64,000 bases of DNA from Paraglomus brasilianum (taxonomy: Eukaryota), in contig CAJVPI010000056.1 of the NCBI GenBank assembly GCA_910592345.1, forward strand, positions 1-64,000. Reading direction: 5' to 3'. Position numbers and translations under genes: made by a program. A model generated the notes under the pieces. The model worked only from the letters and a program-made list of their open reading frames with translations, made no database searches and had not been told where the DNA came from. This document shows positions 24,856 to 38,044 of this stretch, in pieces. The stretch's first letter is position 1, and every line of letters begins with the position of its first letter.

Positions 24856-27800
24856 TTATTCCTGCTGAACTTGCCCATCGGAACTTCGAGATAAAGTTGG
24901 TGGAGAGACATTAGCCATCGCCGTCTCCGGAGAAGACTGCGCCTGCACATCATTGCCACTGGATGAAACTGACATGGTCTGCTTCTGTGGCTGCTGTTCT
25001 TGCGATTGCGATTGAGCTTGATTTTGTTGCTGTGACTGTTGTTGCTGCTGGCTCTGCTGCATTAGCAGTTGTTGTTGTTGTTGAAGGATTGCAAGCATTT
25101 GTGGATTAGTGACATTATTATTATTAACAGGAGGCGGAGGAGTTGTATTCAACATCGGCGGTGGAATAGCACCACTTGCGGCTAGCATATAGGGATAAGC
25201 TGCTGCATTAAACATAGCCGGATGTCCATACATTCCAGCTGCAACCGCTGCCAAAGTTGACGGATGAACGAACGGAGTGAAAGAACCCATGTGAGGGTAT
25301 GGTCCGGTTGGAGGAAAGCCCGAATGAGGATGTGCGGTCATGGGCATTGTATTCATGAACATTGGTGGCGCAGGTGGAAATGATGCATTCGGTGTATTCA
25401 ACGGACTGGACACTGAAGGGCCAGCGGATGGGGTAGATGCCTCGCTCGATAGTGGAAGAGCACTCGCAGATGGGGACAATTGCTCGTGTTGAGGTGACGA
25501 TGGATTCTCTGAAGTAGGTGTGCTTGCTGCTGCTTGCTGTAATTGTTGGCCGGCGAAATGGGCGGCGGCGGCGTAATAAGCAGCGGCGGCGGCGAGATCT
25601 GGTGGAAAGACATTTGGCGGAGGCATTCCTACTGAATTCTGAACTGAGCTCATTGAGGCACCGTTAAGAGAGGGATCGCTAACCATGCCGAGTTCTTCCA
25701 GGAGACGTTTGTATCCTTGAACTTGCTGGACCTTCAATTTTCCAAGGACAAGTTTGACCTTCTCGGCTAATCTTTGTTTTTCAGCTTGTTCAACATACGG
25801 ACTGGCTAGTACTTTTTGGACTACACCAACACCGTGTACTTGGTCACTGAGCACCTCCTCCAGTACTTGGTCATTCGCGGAAAAGAACAAGTTGGAAATG
25901 GTTAAATCTCTCGCGTCAGTTTCATGCCGTTGGTTGATGATCTTGAGCACTGTGAGTGAAGCTAATTTGTGAGTGCAAAGATGTGCCAAATGAGGAGCAA
26001 GTTTGGGTGATAGGATGCGATATCGACCAGGAAACTGGGATGTATCTAATAGCCATGTAAGTAACAACGCCCCATTCGGATTTGTAGAGAGCGAAACAGC
26101 ATTCATCACTATTGCGATCGCAACTTGTTTCTGAAACGTAAACATAATGGACGTAAGTATACACCATTGGTATTGATCGATATATACAATAATCACTAAT
26201 GCTCACCTGTTGTTTTTTAGTTACATGCTGGCTTTCCAAGCATGCTCTCATGGCTCGTGCTCCAAAACGACCCTGAGCAATCTCCCAGCATCTATCTACC
26301 ATTGCATCGAATATAAATTGGTTCCTACTTGGCCCAAGACGCAGACAGCATTGTACGACATAATTTCCAAATTGATCGAGCAGTAGCGGTGGCGTATATG
26401 GTCTAACATTAGAAGTAATGAAATGCATCTGCAAATGAAAGAAGATAGTTATCGCAACATGTATATATGTTATTTCGAATGTAATTTGAGCATTATATAA
26501 CGTTTGCGATACATACCTGTGAAGGATGCTTTGCGCAATCAATGATTTTCTGAGCAGCCCAGGTACCGTTCTTATGAATACCAATTGTAGCCATGTGAGG
26601 TGCTATCTTTTCCAACATTTTCAATTTAGTGTTCTCGGTACATCGCTCGAATAACTTCTGAATCACGGTATTCCCAATGTAATCTTAGGTTTAAAATAAA
26701 AAAGGTTATTTTATATTTGTTCTCTTGTATTGTGTCTATTGCAATTTCACAAAAAGTTACAAGGATAAAGCTTACCGCTTGATAATTCTACACATTCATC
26801 CATAACTTCGGCAGCGATAGATTCAACTTCTTTAGCAGAGCAATGACCACTATCGAGGCGTTTACGTATTTCCCTTAATCTAGATGCGTCTGGCTTCCGA
26901 CTTGGGTTTGGATCGGCGACGGGAGGAATGTTTGTGAAATAATTGATAGGTGTACGGTTGTCTAAATTTGATATGAAAATTAGAGAATTACGTTATAACA
27001 AGATGAAGGTAAATTAAATTATATTAATGGTATAATCACTAACCGATTGACTCGTCTATATCTTCATCAGATCCACCACTCAATTCACGCATCATCAGCT
27101 GTTTCTCGGTCAATCCACCGGCCGTTCCCATGACCATCGAAAGTACAACGTTACCGGCATAATTGTCGTTCTGAGCGGACCATTGGCCATTAGACTGATT
27201 ATTAGATGATGATGATGATGTCGACAGGTTGCGAATATGCCTGGTAGCAGGAGAACCTGGTTCAGGAGTAGCGATTGGCGATGGTTTAGGCTGGACCTTT
27301 GCATATCCAATCCTGACTGGACCAACTGCGCTACCCAAGACTTCTTTACCATGCAAAGCTCTTTTAGCTTTCACAGCATCTTCCAATCTCTCAAAATTAA
27401 CAAAACCGCAGTTTTTATGCGTTAACACTCTAGCAGACTCAATTGGGCCATATGGCGCAAATATATTCTGCAATGCTTGCGGGGTAGTAGATGTTGGGAT
27501 ATTGCCAACCCACAATGCACGTGTTGGTTGCGATTGAGTTTGTGAGGATGGAGAAAGATCATGAGAGTTGAATGCTGCATCGGCTTTACCAAAGCCAATG
27601 CGAACAATGCAACTTCCTACTCTACCACCCATTCTATCCATAATATCATCTTTAGCACGAACAGCATCATCGACACGATGGAAATTGATGAATCCACATT
27701 CCTTATCAGGCAGCAGTCTCAAACTCTCGATCGAACCATATGGAGAAAATAAACGCATCAAATCTTCGTTAGTGAGGGTTGGATCAATATTACCGATCCA

Positions 27801-29437
27801 AAGGGATCTAGTGGGTGTCTGCGGTGGTGGTGTATTTTGAGAGCATTCAGGAGTGTGCAGGCCTGGACTTGACAAACCAGATCGAGTCATCTAAAATTTA
27901 TTGATACAACTAAGTCAGTTATATGATGATATACGATAGTAATAATAAAGCCATTGCTATCATAGCTTCGATTCTTGTTTATACGATATTGAAATTTATT
28001 ATTGCTAATTGCTATTTACCTCTATGTCGTTATGGTCCAAAAGGTAATCATCTTCATGTGCTTGTTGCTGCTGCTTCTTTTTACCTTCCATCATCCCACT
28101 CACCATCATTCCTATCAATTGCTCTCCACCAAGCGATCTCGTTGACGGTGTAGATCCCACTTGCTGTGAAGATTGATCAGTTAAATCAGAGTACATTGAA
28201 TTTTGCTTATTACGCATCATCACAACTTCGTTAGGCGTATCAAGCATGCTTAAACTAATAGCTCGAGGGCGGGAATGCGCCTGATGAAACTGCTGGACAG
28301 CTGCATTACCGGGAGGAAATAGATTTGCACTAGTCATAGCGCTAGTTTGTAATTGATCGTCATATTTAGGAGCAGCAGATACAGAAAAAGACCTAATACG
28401 ATTCGCATCACGACGCAGCGATGGAATAGTTGCGATACTTGGACCGGAACCATAAGTAGCATTGGTAGGAGCCTTCAAATCCACTTTAATCTGGGGTAAA
28501 GCACCAGAGCTAGTAGACATTTTAGAAAGGCTACTATTATCGTGAACATCTAGACCCAAGTAATCTAAAGTTTTCCCGACTGTATTATTCTCGTCGCCAT
28601 GAAGCAATTCTCCAGTAGTCGGAGTTGGCATTGTCGGTGTAGTCGGACCACTGATATCATTAGGATGATCAGACCACACAGAATTAAAAATAGACGGACC
28701 AAATGCAGTAGAGAGTGACGCGGATGGAAGTGTCAACGATCCAGAACGAAATCGAGAAGCCTTTGGCGGTGAAAGTAAATTCGACGTGGAGGAAGAAGAA
28801 GAAGAAGAAGATCCCAACGTTGACACAGACAAAGAAGAGGATGGATGGTGACTAAGGTTGAACGGCGGTCTGCTACCTGACAGAGACGTTGGCAAGGTAT
28901 CTGCACGAGCGCGACGCAGAGGAGCAGGAAACGGCGATAGATGACCCTGGTTACTCCCGTTTGAATTGGCAACAGTTTTGCTTCCGACTGGCTTTAAAAA
29001 ATCAATGGTCGAGCCGGAATTCGAATCTGACAAGAGCGTTCCGCTGTTAAAAGCTCCGTTAGTTGAGAACGATGGGGGCGGGAGCGCAGAAGAGCGATAG
29101 GGCGAAGTAATGCCTTCTTCGGCTTGAATTTCGCGAGCCCTACGAATAGTTATACGGTATTAGAACAAGACTTGTACTGTTTGTAGTTCGTAAGACGTTA
29201 TGTAAGGTTAAAACCAACACGTGTGCATATATGCGAATCAGAGACCCAACAACTAAATTAATCCTCTGGGTGCAAATACAGTCGCTGAGTAATCTAGTCC
29301 CGTTCAGCTTTTCGTTTCATGTTAACTAACCTTTTCGACGAAAAGTATCTTGTCTCATGTTGAGGAGAGCCTCCGGAGTTGGGGCCGATGGCAGGAGAAA
29401 ACGAATCTTGAACTAATTCTGATGGTTGGGAAGTCAT
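24856..29437 (-). CDS. Jsn1/Puf2-like RNA-binding protein (2 RRM, Pumilio repeats, Q/P-rich tail)
   Basis: SSKR|AREIQAEEG, TRSLWIGN..CGFINF, TRALWVGN..CGFVNF, GNTVIQKLFE, DQFGNYVVQCCL and LCTHKLASLTVLKI. Confidence 0.9.
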
Positions 29438-30724
29438 TTCTAACAGGGACTCTTTCCAGTTTATGCTTATATAGGTTACAGTCGCATCAGATTTTGCCCA
29501 GCAAAAGGTGATGGGATAATCGTGTGCCTTGTAATCTGGGGAATAGAGGACAAAATAAAACTGGCGACGGTAAGAGCAAAAGTCGTCAGAATCACTAGAG
29601 AGTCTGTGTAACGGACTTGAATTAACTTAGTTGACGAGTAGTATACTCGAGAAAGTAAGTAGTGGAATTAAAAGAATATTTTCACTGCGACAGATTATTA
29701 TTAGTATAGTAGAAAGAGATTATATTAGAAATTAGAGAGATACGAGAAGTTCGAAAGGAAAAAAAACCAGGGTTGAAAAAAAAAAGTCGTGACAATCAAA
29801 GTTTTATCCGATGGCGGGTGTTTTGATGGGTACCATTTACAAAGACTGGCTGTATGTTTGTCGGGTGATACACTTTTCCTCATAAGGCAATCGTCAATGC
29901 TTACAGTCTTTTTCATACCTATTTGGTGACGTCATCGAGCTGAACGAAGATTGTATGGGAAGGAATTGAAAAAAAAAATTTTCTGCCATTAGAGGAAGCA
30001 GAACGAGAGTTCTTGGGATATAACAGATTGGATGCTTAGCAACAGTTGTGGTGTGATATTATTTGTAGTAAGGATGGACTTTTGAGATCGACTAAACCAG
30101 GAAAGTAAATGACATTAGCTATAACAGTAGTAGCTTATTTATTTATTAATGACTAAAGTAATTGATTCACCGATGATATTTCCGGTCTAACTGCAATAAT
30201 AATAACCATAACAAAGACCTTCCCTTTCGTCGTACAACCTGCATTGTGTGCCTAATTCTTATTTAAGGCAGTGATTCGGGTATCTCGGGCGTGCAAATCA
30301 AATCGTATCAGAAAACCCTGAATTAGAATATGAAGAGAAACGTCGAGTTGAGTACTTTTGGCTAAAAATAACAAGAACCAACAGAAGTATGAATTCATAA
30401 GTGGATATATTGTGACACAACATGCATTTATTGATGAAATGTCCCAGTAATGGAGATATGATAGATAAACGAATAATGGAATGGAACAATTAATATATAT
30501 GGTCTAATAACAATTTGTTGTTTAGCTGATAATTAATTATGCAACAATAACGTCATCAGCTTCTTTCCTTATCTTGAATGCCAACTATGGCTGTATTCGG
30601 CGACTTACCCTTGTTGTCTAATTAAGCAATAAAAACAACGTATTCTGGAATCAATGGACTTTTCGTCGAACCAATTAAATTCCAACCAACTTCTGCTACA
30701 CGTTTTAACTCCTAACCTTTCTGG

Positions 30725-30905
30725 CGCATAACGTCTATTGACGTTAATATCCGAGCGGGGAAAAAAAGTGTTTGCAGTATGCTCGGATAACTAGTAACAA
30801 CAAAGCGGTACGATGGAAAGACATTGAATTGCAGGCATTCTGCCAAGACACATTTAGTGATTGGATGTATTAATGCCACAATAATGACGTTATTCCTCGT
30901 TTAGT
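30725..30905 (-). ncRNA. Candidate omegaRNA scaffold of the Fanzor2/TnpB remnant
   Basis: Lies directly 3' of the nuclease stop. Perfect stems TATCCGAGC/GCTCGGATA (30748-30756 with 30781-30789) and TAACGTC/GACGTTA (30729-30746). Boundaries are inferred. Confidence 0.5.
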
Positions 30906-31240
30906 TCAGATGGATTGTGACATATTAATATCAATGGTAGGCATTACTACTATTTCTCCGGAGAGAATCAAGGCTCCATCAAGCAATGCCCGGAGAAAGA
31001 TTCCCCGAGCGCCATTTTCACAATTTCGACACTAGGGGCAACCAGCTTGTCCTTTATAGAATGGAGATTGTCCACATGCTTGCATAGGCGAATAATTCGT
31101 CCAATGTCGTATTGGCCAATTTTACCTACGCCTTTAGTGGGAGAGTACCATGTGAAGGATGTACGAACGCCAGGGTCGATGGAAACTGCATGAATATCCG
31201 CTTGGGTTTCGCAGAGTTGTTTTTGCGTCTCCCATTCGTT
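30725..31240 (-). mobile_element. Internally deleted IS607-TnpB/Fanzor2 remnant with right-end structured region
   Basis: Minus-strand translation ETQADIHAVSIDPGVRTSFTWYSP..GKIGQYDIGRIIRLCKHVDNL (RuvC-I, Asp at 31175-31177) abuts, in another frame, ENGARGIFLRALLDG (RuvC-III region). Stop at 30906, followed by two hairpins. Confidence 0.82.
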
Positions 31241-31703
31241 ACTTTTTGCGAATATACGTAAGCTTACAATCGGACGTTATTCTGTGAGGAACAGGCCACT
31301 TCTTTTTTTTTTTTTCGAAATGAAGCGGCCACAAATCGCGTTTTTCGTCCAGAGTAATAACAGGCTTATGGCAGGGTACGGAAAGCATTGATGGATTATG
31401 GAGATGGGTGATATAGAAGTGGCGATTTTGAAAAGTTCTGCGTGCGAATTATCATCGTTTGTCGCAAATCTTTTCGGGATCGAAATGGCAAAGACGAATT
31501 TCTTTGTTGATTCCTATATTTTGATTTATTATCTTGTGGAAGAGGAGACATCAGAGAAGCGGGAGGGTCAAATTGAGAGAGAAACGAGAGAACAAGTGTG
31601 GAAATACTGAACGTATTAAAAATTATGTAATGTTTTGATGGTCTAACGTATAATTACCAACAAGAGTTCTTACTATTGAAGTTGAGTAAATAACTTTGCA
31701 ATA

Positions 31704-31916
31704 TACACAGTGGCTCTCTTTATAGTGTACCTCCTTTATAGTGGAGACTAATTAAAATCGCGATATAGTGGATAAAGGTTCAAAACCATCTATAATGAAT
31801 GCTATCCGATATAGTGTATTTACTAATAAATTTTCAATAACTCTCGATATAGTGTATTTTTGAGAATTTTTTACTAGTAGATTTTTTTGATACACTATAA
31901 AGAGAGTCACTGTGTA
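31704..31916. mobile_element. Tc1/mariner-pogo-like MITE (~210 bp)
   Basis: 26-bp inverted repeats TACACAGTG(G/A)CTCTCTTTATAGTGTA at 31704-31729 and 31891-31916 with one mismatch. TA at both ends and internal (GA)TATAGTG repeats. Confidence 0.85.
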
Positions 31917-32180
31917 TTATCCACCAGCCACATGATTTACCACATGATCAAATACGTAATGGATCCCCGTAGAATTTTATGCCGGTTGCTAACAACCATA
32001 TTTATTGATCACCTACCGTCCAACATAACATGACCACTCACTTATGACGAGTAATGTCAACTGATGCATAGCTGATTCTAACGATAATACTATAACCTCC
32101 GTACGGAGGGGTTATTTACAGTAATGTTTATATGTAATTATATTCCAATTCTAGTATAAATTCTGAGGTATGCAGCTTTC

Positions 32181-33167
32181 TTATGGCGCAGGCAGATTTT
32201 TGAAGTTACCATATTTTTGATCTAGAAGTTTCTCACGTTCATTGAATAGACCTCTGTAAGAATTCTTGATGGTAACCTCAGATACGCCAGTAACGTTGGC
32301 GATTTCCTTGGTCGACTTGGGTTGCCCGTACAAATGAGATGCTAGATATATGCACGCTGCCGCGACCGAAACCGGCGATTTTCCTGCTAATACCCCCAAC
32401 TCGTTCCTCTTTTTAGTCAATTCAACAGCCGCCTTCTGCACTTCCATGCCCAAACTCAACATGGAACAAAAGCGCGACATTAAATCTTCGGAGGCCATCG
32501 TTCCAACGCCAGTTTCAAAATTGCTGATCAGGATTTTGAAGCAACGACCGATTTCTTTCTTTGGCACGCGTGTAATTGCGCAAATTTCCTTAAACGTACG
32601 GGGTACGTTCTCCTGACGACAAGCGATAAAAATACAAGCTGCGATAATAGATTCTGTGCTCTTTCCTCGTAGGAGTTTTTCCTCTTCCGCACGTTTGTAT
32701 AACTGTTTAGCAATGTCTGCAATATGTCGTGTCAAACCAATTGCTTCACACATGGCCGCTATTTCTTTATACGCTTGAATTAAATTTTTCTCTCCTTTAA
32801 CTGCTGTCGCTCTTCCATGAACTTTGTTCAAATCCTTGGCTGTTCCAGATCCACCATCTCGTCGTGAGATGACAGTGTCCAGCTGCGAACCGTCAAGCAA
32901 AGGATTAGCTGCGGCACCTACACGGGATGGGTCATCACCTTCGTCATTGGCAAAGGTTCTCCATTCTGAGCGAGTGTCGATAATTCTATCTCCAAGTACT
33001 AAGCCACAATCACCGCATACTAAATCACCACTTGCAAATTCTTCTATTATATTGGGAGTGGAATTCTTGCAGTCTGGGCATAATAGTCGAACATTCAAGT
33101 CTGGCCTAATTTCTTTCGGTTCTTCTTCCTTGGCAGAATGGATACGAGGAAATGGAATATTAGCCAT
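32181..33167 (-). CDS. SUA7: Transcription initiation factor TFIIB (intronless CDS)
   Basis: Zinc ribbon CPDC..GDLVCGDCGLV, B-reader DTRSEWRTF and two cyclin repeats. Start placed at ATG 33167, which directly follows a pyrimidine tract and CAG acceptor. Confidence 0.95.
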   Translation of the reverse strand: MANIPFPRIHSAKEEEPKEIRPDLNVRLLCPDCKNSTPNIIEEFASGDLVCGDCGLVLGDRIIDTRSEWRTFANDEGDDPSRVGAAANPLLDGSQLDTVISRRDGGSGTAKDLNKVHGRATAVKGEKNLIQAYKEIAAMCEAIGLTRHIADIAKQLYKRAEEEKLLRGKSTESIIAACIFIACRQENVPRTFKEICAITRVPKKEIGRCFKILISNFETGVGTMASEDLMSRFCSMLSLGMEVQKAAVELTKKRNELGVLAGKSPVSVAAACIYLASHLYGQPKSTKEIANVTGVSEVTIKNSYRGLFNEREKLLDQKYGNFKNLPAP

Positions 33168-33272
33168 CTGTTCGATAAAAATTTGGAGAAAGTGAGCTTC
33201 GAAATATTCTTGAAGTTCCAAGTCCGATAAGAATTCGATTTTAACTCTTGGCGATGGTTTTGGAAATTTAAA

Positions 33273-33356
33273 ATTGTATAATGGTTTAACTTGTTTAACT
33301 AGTGTATTATCACCATTGTATAATGGTTGAACTTGTTTAACCAGTGTATTAGCACC
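33273..33356. repeat. 42-bp tandem duplication upstream of TFIIB
   Basis: Copies at 33273-33314 and 33315-33356 with three mismatches. Confidence 0.85.
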
Positions 33357-33982
33357 TACAGCTACCATAGTCGTTATCGCTATTTACAATTTTACCAGTA
33401 ATTTAACAATTTGCTAAAAGGTTATCTTTTTCGCTATCTGCTGTTTGCTTGTTTATATACTCTTTGGTTTGTTGCTTATGATTTGATTCTCAGGTACGCG
33501 CTCTCTCTCTTTCTGACGTTCTTGTCAATTTACCTTATTATACGACTAAAGTTGTTAAACCTGTCTTGTAGCTAAACGGAAAGGATGTTAGAGAGAGAGA
33601 GTTAGAACCAACTTGACTTTATGTTTCGTTCTATGTAAATAACAACTCGCATACGATAGAATAGCCGCAGTATACTCCTTCACCAGGCCAAAGGAGCAAA
33701 AACAACGGTTCTTTTTCTTGCTGATTACAACAAGATATATAAAAAAGTGCAAGCAGTAGTTCTATGAAAGTCCAAGCTCGTGAATGTGAAAAGTGTCCAG
33801 GCAAGAGTGAAACAAGAATATCACATTCTACTCGTAATTTTATACATTCTGCTGAGGAAAAGCAAGTTCTTTTAATGGTCTGATTGGTCAATATTAATTC
33901 TGATCGGCAGTCACTAAAATAGCTTGGTCTGGCCTGCTTGGCCACTAAGTAATTCAACGGCTAGCAATCACTAGTCAAAAGC

Positions 33983-35721
33983 ATGGATCCAGTTGCCGTG
34001 CAAGTAGAAATTAATAACTTTCTGGATCACACTGCTTCAAATCCTAGGAGAGCGAAAAGAGTAGATACTAGGGATACATATTTTGAACATGTAGGTCGTT
34101 CTTATGCGAACCTTGCGCATGACAGGAACTGGAGGAATGCAGACGGATCAGTATATCCAATTTCGGTCGAACATTTGAAAGAGTATATAATCTTAAAATA
34201 CGAATCAAGTAATATGAAAAGTGTACTATGGCATGTTGGGGCGTTGAAGAGATATCAAACCGAGGTGCTCAAATTTAAAAGATGGGATGATGTAAGAAAT
34301 CATCCAGAGATCCAACAATTACTCGCTGAATTGGAAGAATCAGAGGCACATAAAAGCGATGATGGAGGAATAACACCATTGGGAGTTGCGCAAGATCGAG
34401 GGAAAGGCAAAGCTGAAGATTTATCGCTCAAGGCAAAAAGGCCCGTATCCCGGTTCGATCTTTCCAAACGTCCTGCGCAGACAATCTTGGCCCTACTTGG
34501 CCGTACAAATGGCGAAGGTAATGAATCTTTAGGAAATGCTTCCGGTAGCAATGTGGCAGCTACTGCTGCTGAGCCTAGATTTGAGCAAGGTGACAGTTTT
34601 ATGGGTAAGCAAAGCTTGAAAGGCGAGCCTTGTTGTCGTTGTATTATACAATTTTGTTGTATGGAATATTAATGAAGTGAGATAACATATTTGGAAGAAC
34701 GAGTTGTTGATTTATTTACTGTTTTGGAATTTGCTACATGTGATTTTGTAAATAATCGCCGTCATAACATGACTTTTTTATTTATTGTCATTTACTTGAT
34801 CAAATTTGTTACTCTCAGCAGATTCCGATGAAGACGAGGAAGGTGAGGAGGAAGAGGAAGAGGAGGAGGAGGAGGAGGAGGAGGAGGAGGAGGAGGAGGA
34901 GGAGGAAGAAGAAGGTGATGACATGGAAGAAGATGATACTTCTCAACGTGACCAGATCAATGGAAATATTGATTATAGAGCGCTCTTCCAAAACGATAGT
35001 GACGATTCTGACTATATTCCTCCTTCCAAGAACACATGTAAGAAACTTGAAATTTAAGCTTATCGAATATATTATTTAAGAGAGTAGTTTGTTGCTTATT
35101 ATATTGTGGATGGCCTTGTAGTGACTGACGACTCTGGTAATTATATGACTGTCAAGAGTATGTGTTTGACAATTATATGGGTTTGTCTGAATATCCAATG
35201 CCTGTCTATGATTTGTTTATACTTTCGTCCGTATCCAGTTATACTAAGATACTTCTTGTTGGCCAGGACGAAAACTCAGAAGTGAATCGGATAGTGATTC
35301 GTCGGAAGTATGTTTTCATCTTTTCTGTTGTATATGCATTTGCTCGATATATACAAAGACAAAATTGCTGACTGTGTGCTTATGACAACGTAGGACGGAC
35401 CAGAATCGTTTAAACTTCGTTACGACACTGCATTATCAATTCTCAAGTCAAAATACGTAAACTCCTGTACTAAACACCTTCGTGGGTGTTTTCCCATTGA
35501 CGAGCGTCGGCACTTGCTCTTAGACGAGAAAATGATCAAGCGATGGGCAACATTGATAGTATGTATTATTATCAATACTATTACTAGCAAGCTTGTATAT
35601 GGTTTTCGAGGGTCTAATTCGTGGCTTGTTGTAGGCATCAGGCGATGATGTGATCGTTGAAAGTCCACCTCAATTTGAAGAATTCCCCGAATTTAATACG
35701 GATAGGGCAGTATGTATTTGA
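33983..35721 (+). CDS. Orphan multi-exon gene: recombinase core-binding-like N-terminus, poly-Glu tract, small C-terminal domain
   Basis: Long first exon, (GAG)n exon at ~34820-35030, then later exons HLLLDEKMIKRWATLI|ASGDDVIVESPPQFEEFPEF ending at TGA 35719-35721. GT-AG introns. Internal exons are tentative. Confidence 0.65.
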
Positions 35722-36346
35722 TGCGTACGCAACAGATAACGCATGCATGATGATGCAGCAATTGTACTATGGATAATACAATGATGACGACGACTATTAC
35801 GGACGACTACTGATTATGACTGTATGATTGATGCTGATGTGTGAAGACAATGACAATGATAGGACGTTGACGGGTGATAGTGGCGTGGGACGATGAGGAT
35901 GATGATATCATATGATGGTAAACTATAATTAGCACTCATCTGACTGATACAGGCACTGTTTTATTTTTGACATATGTAAATGGATAGTTATATGATCTGT
36001 TTGTATGAATGCTGTAAATACGTTTAATTATTCTTAATGTAAATTTAATTTTATCATCAAATAATTATTGATTGAAGAAATGTTGAAAAGGAAAAATAAA
36101 TTTGAACTTCCTTCGCTTCCTGGTGTTGTCTAAATGCCTCACAGGAAAGAGCACGCAAATTCAAATCTCTGGTGTTAGTAGAATTATGTATCCACAAGAA
36201 TATTTTTTTTGTACTTGGATTGTCAATTGATGAATACGCAATTGAAAGGTTTGGCGGTTGTTCTTACATTTGCGCCTGATAGGCATAAAACCAAATTTAT
36301 TATGTCTATTAATAAATACATAAGCAACGTCTTGAATCCATTACTA

Positions 36347-38044
<1,698 letters not shown>

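Noticed and set aside
33168..33368. 67-aa N-terminal extension of TFIIB in the ORF track
   Set aside because: It contains a 42-bp tandem duplication and ends in a pyrimidine tract plus CAG just before ATG 33167, so it is more likely a 5' UTR intron.
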